DNA from: Hydrolagus colliei
Lineage: Eukaryota
Reading direction: 5' to 3'
DNA length: 64,000 nucleotides
NCBI GenBank assembly: GCA_035084275.1
Contig: CM068743.1
Coordinates: forward strand, 23,498,001-23,562,000
Shown: one piece after another, positions 62,456 through 64,000 of the stretch
Layout: every line of letters starts with the position of its first letter
How positions within the stretch are numbered: the first letter of the stretch is position 1
Made by a program: the position numbers and the translations under genes
The notes under the pieces: model-generated
The model's database searches: none
Seen by the model: only the letters and a program-made list of their open reading frames with translations
What the model was told of the DNA's origin: nothing

Positions 62456-63094
62456 TATATTTAATATAAATCAGGAATGGTATTTACAGATACAAATGTG
62501 CAATACAATACTCCTTGTGGTGTGAGACTAAACCATAAATACCTCCAGTCTGTGCTCAGATACTGACCTCAATTGGGACAAGGAGTAAGGATTTTATAAG
62601 TAGCCTCAGTGACCCCCTAGACTAAGGAGGGAAATTATCAAACTCTTGTTTGTATCCAGTTGGATGGAGTTAGTGTAATTCCTCTCTCATTGTGTAAAAT
62701 TCCCTGTTGAACTAACTCACTTATTTATGTATGTGCTGCGAAGCTTGAAGATAATACCAAACTGACCTGCTAGCCGACAGTGTTATCATATTTGCTGACA
62801 ATTCATGAATAAGTTTGTAACGTGTATCATAACATTGGAAATAGCCATTGATGTGACATAGGATGACCTTTATCAAAGCAACAAAACATAAAGCTTTGGT
62901 TTGTGCATGATGAGGTAGTTACTATCCACATTTTAGGGTTCAGCTCCCTCGGAAACCAAGCCAGTGTCGAGGGATTTAATTCAGACAGTATTTATAAGAG
63001 ATGATGATGTGTTCTCCAAGTCAGACAGCGAAGTATCGACATTTCTGCTTTACAAATGTGTGGTTTTGCCTGGACAATTACAGAGTCAGTTTAA

Positions 63095-63316
<222 letters not shown>

Positions 63317-63643
63317 TGAAAACGTCCCATCCTTGAGAATAATGAGGTGCCATGGTGCAACCTGCCAATGCTCTGAGGTGCCTAGTAATTATTTACCCAT
63401 TAGGTGATTATCCTAATGATTTTCCTTTTCAAGTGATAGGACCAAAACCTACTTATAATGTGCACCAAAAAGATAGTTTCAGTCAGTACTTAATCCGCAC
63501 TTCAGCAATTTAAGGAGACATTCCAGAGTAATTATTGAGAATGAATCAAAGGGTCATTTACTAATCACGCTTATCTAATGGTCATCATTCACGGTTCTCA
63601 ATAAGTTGAGGAGATAGATATACTGAGGGAGGGGAGACGGTCA

Positions 63644-64000
63644 AAGCAAACAACAACAACAAATTACACTTATACAGCGCCTTTCACGTCGGGAGGACGT
63701 CCCAAGGCGCTGCACAGGAGGCGTGTGACCCGAGCTGGGAGGGGAGTGTACGGGGAGGGGTGGAACAAAAGGCACGGTCGAAGAGGAAAGTCTTCAAACC
63801 GGCCTTGAAAGAGGAAAGGGAAGAAACGAGACGGAGGGATTGGGGGATGGAATTCCATAGGGTCGGAGCAGAAAAACTGAAGGCCCGGCCTCCGATGGTG
63901 GGGCGGGGGGCTTGGAGCAGGCCAAGTCCTGCTGAACGGAGGGTCCGGGTGGGCTTGTAGGGGAAGAGTAAATTGGTTAAATAGGGTGGGGCAAGGCCAT
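63644..64000 (-). mobile_element. L2 3' fragment, subfamily C; runs off window end
   Basis: (caa)n tail; reverse complement is highly similar to 61520-61921. Confidence 0.92.

Overview
Vertebrate genomic DNA, most likely a cartilaginous fish; the SINE/L2/CR1 repertoire suggests a chimaera (holocephalan), which is an inference from recalled repeat families. The window lies inside the delta-catenin gene CTNND2 on the + strand. It contains three coding exons (1431-1625, 21936-22185, 63127-63259), which correspond to human exons 8-10 by recalled numbering and splice in frame across GT-AG introns of about 20.3 kb and 40.9 kb. The rest is intron packed with transposon remnants: two young, near-identical CR1 LINE 3' copies, older CR1s, at least three L2 LINE subfamilies, a tRNA-derived SINE family with an L2-type tail, older Deu-domain SINEs, two Tigger/pogo-like non-autonomous DNA elements and a Penelope-like end fragment carrying a decayed hammerhead ribozyme. 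I found no prokaryotic-type system or novel protein-coding system. The most interesting signals are: an inverted L2 pair enclosing the last exon, a 23-bp minisatellite built on a splice donor, a covarying 3' stem-loop shared by L2s and SINEs, several template-switch inverted duplications, and the fossil hammerhead. Exon and terminal-repeat coordinates were counted by hand. Boundaries of decayed repeats are approximate, and not every small remnant is listed.
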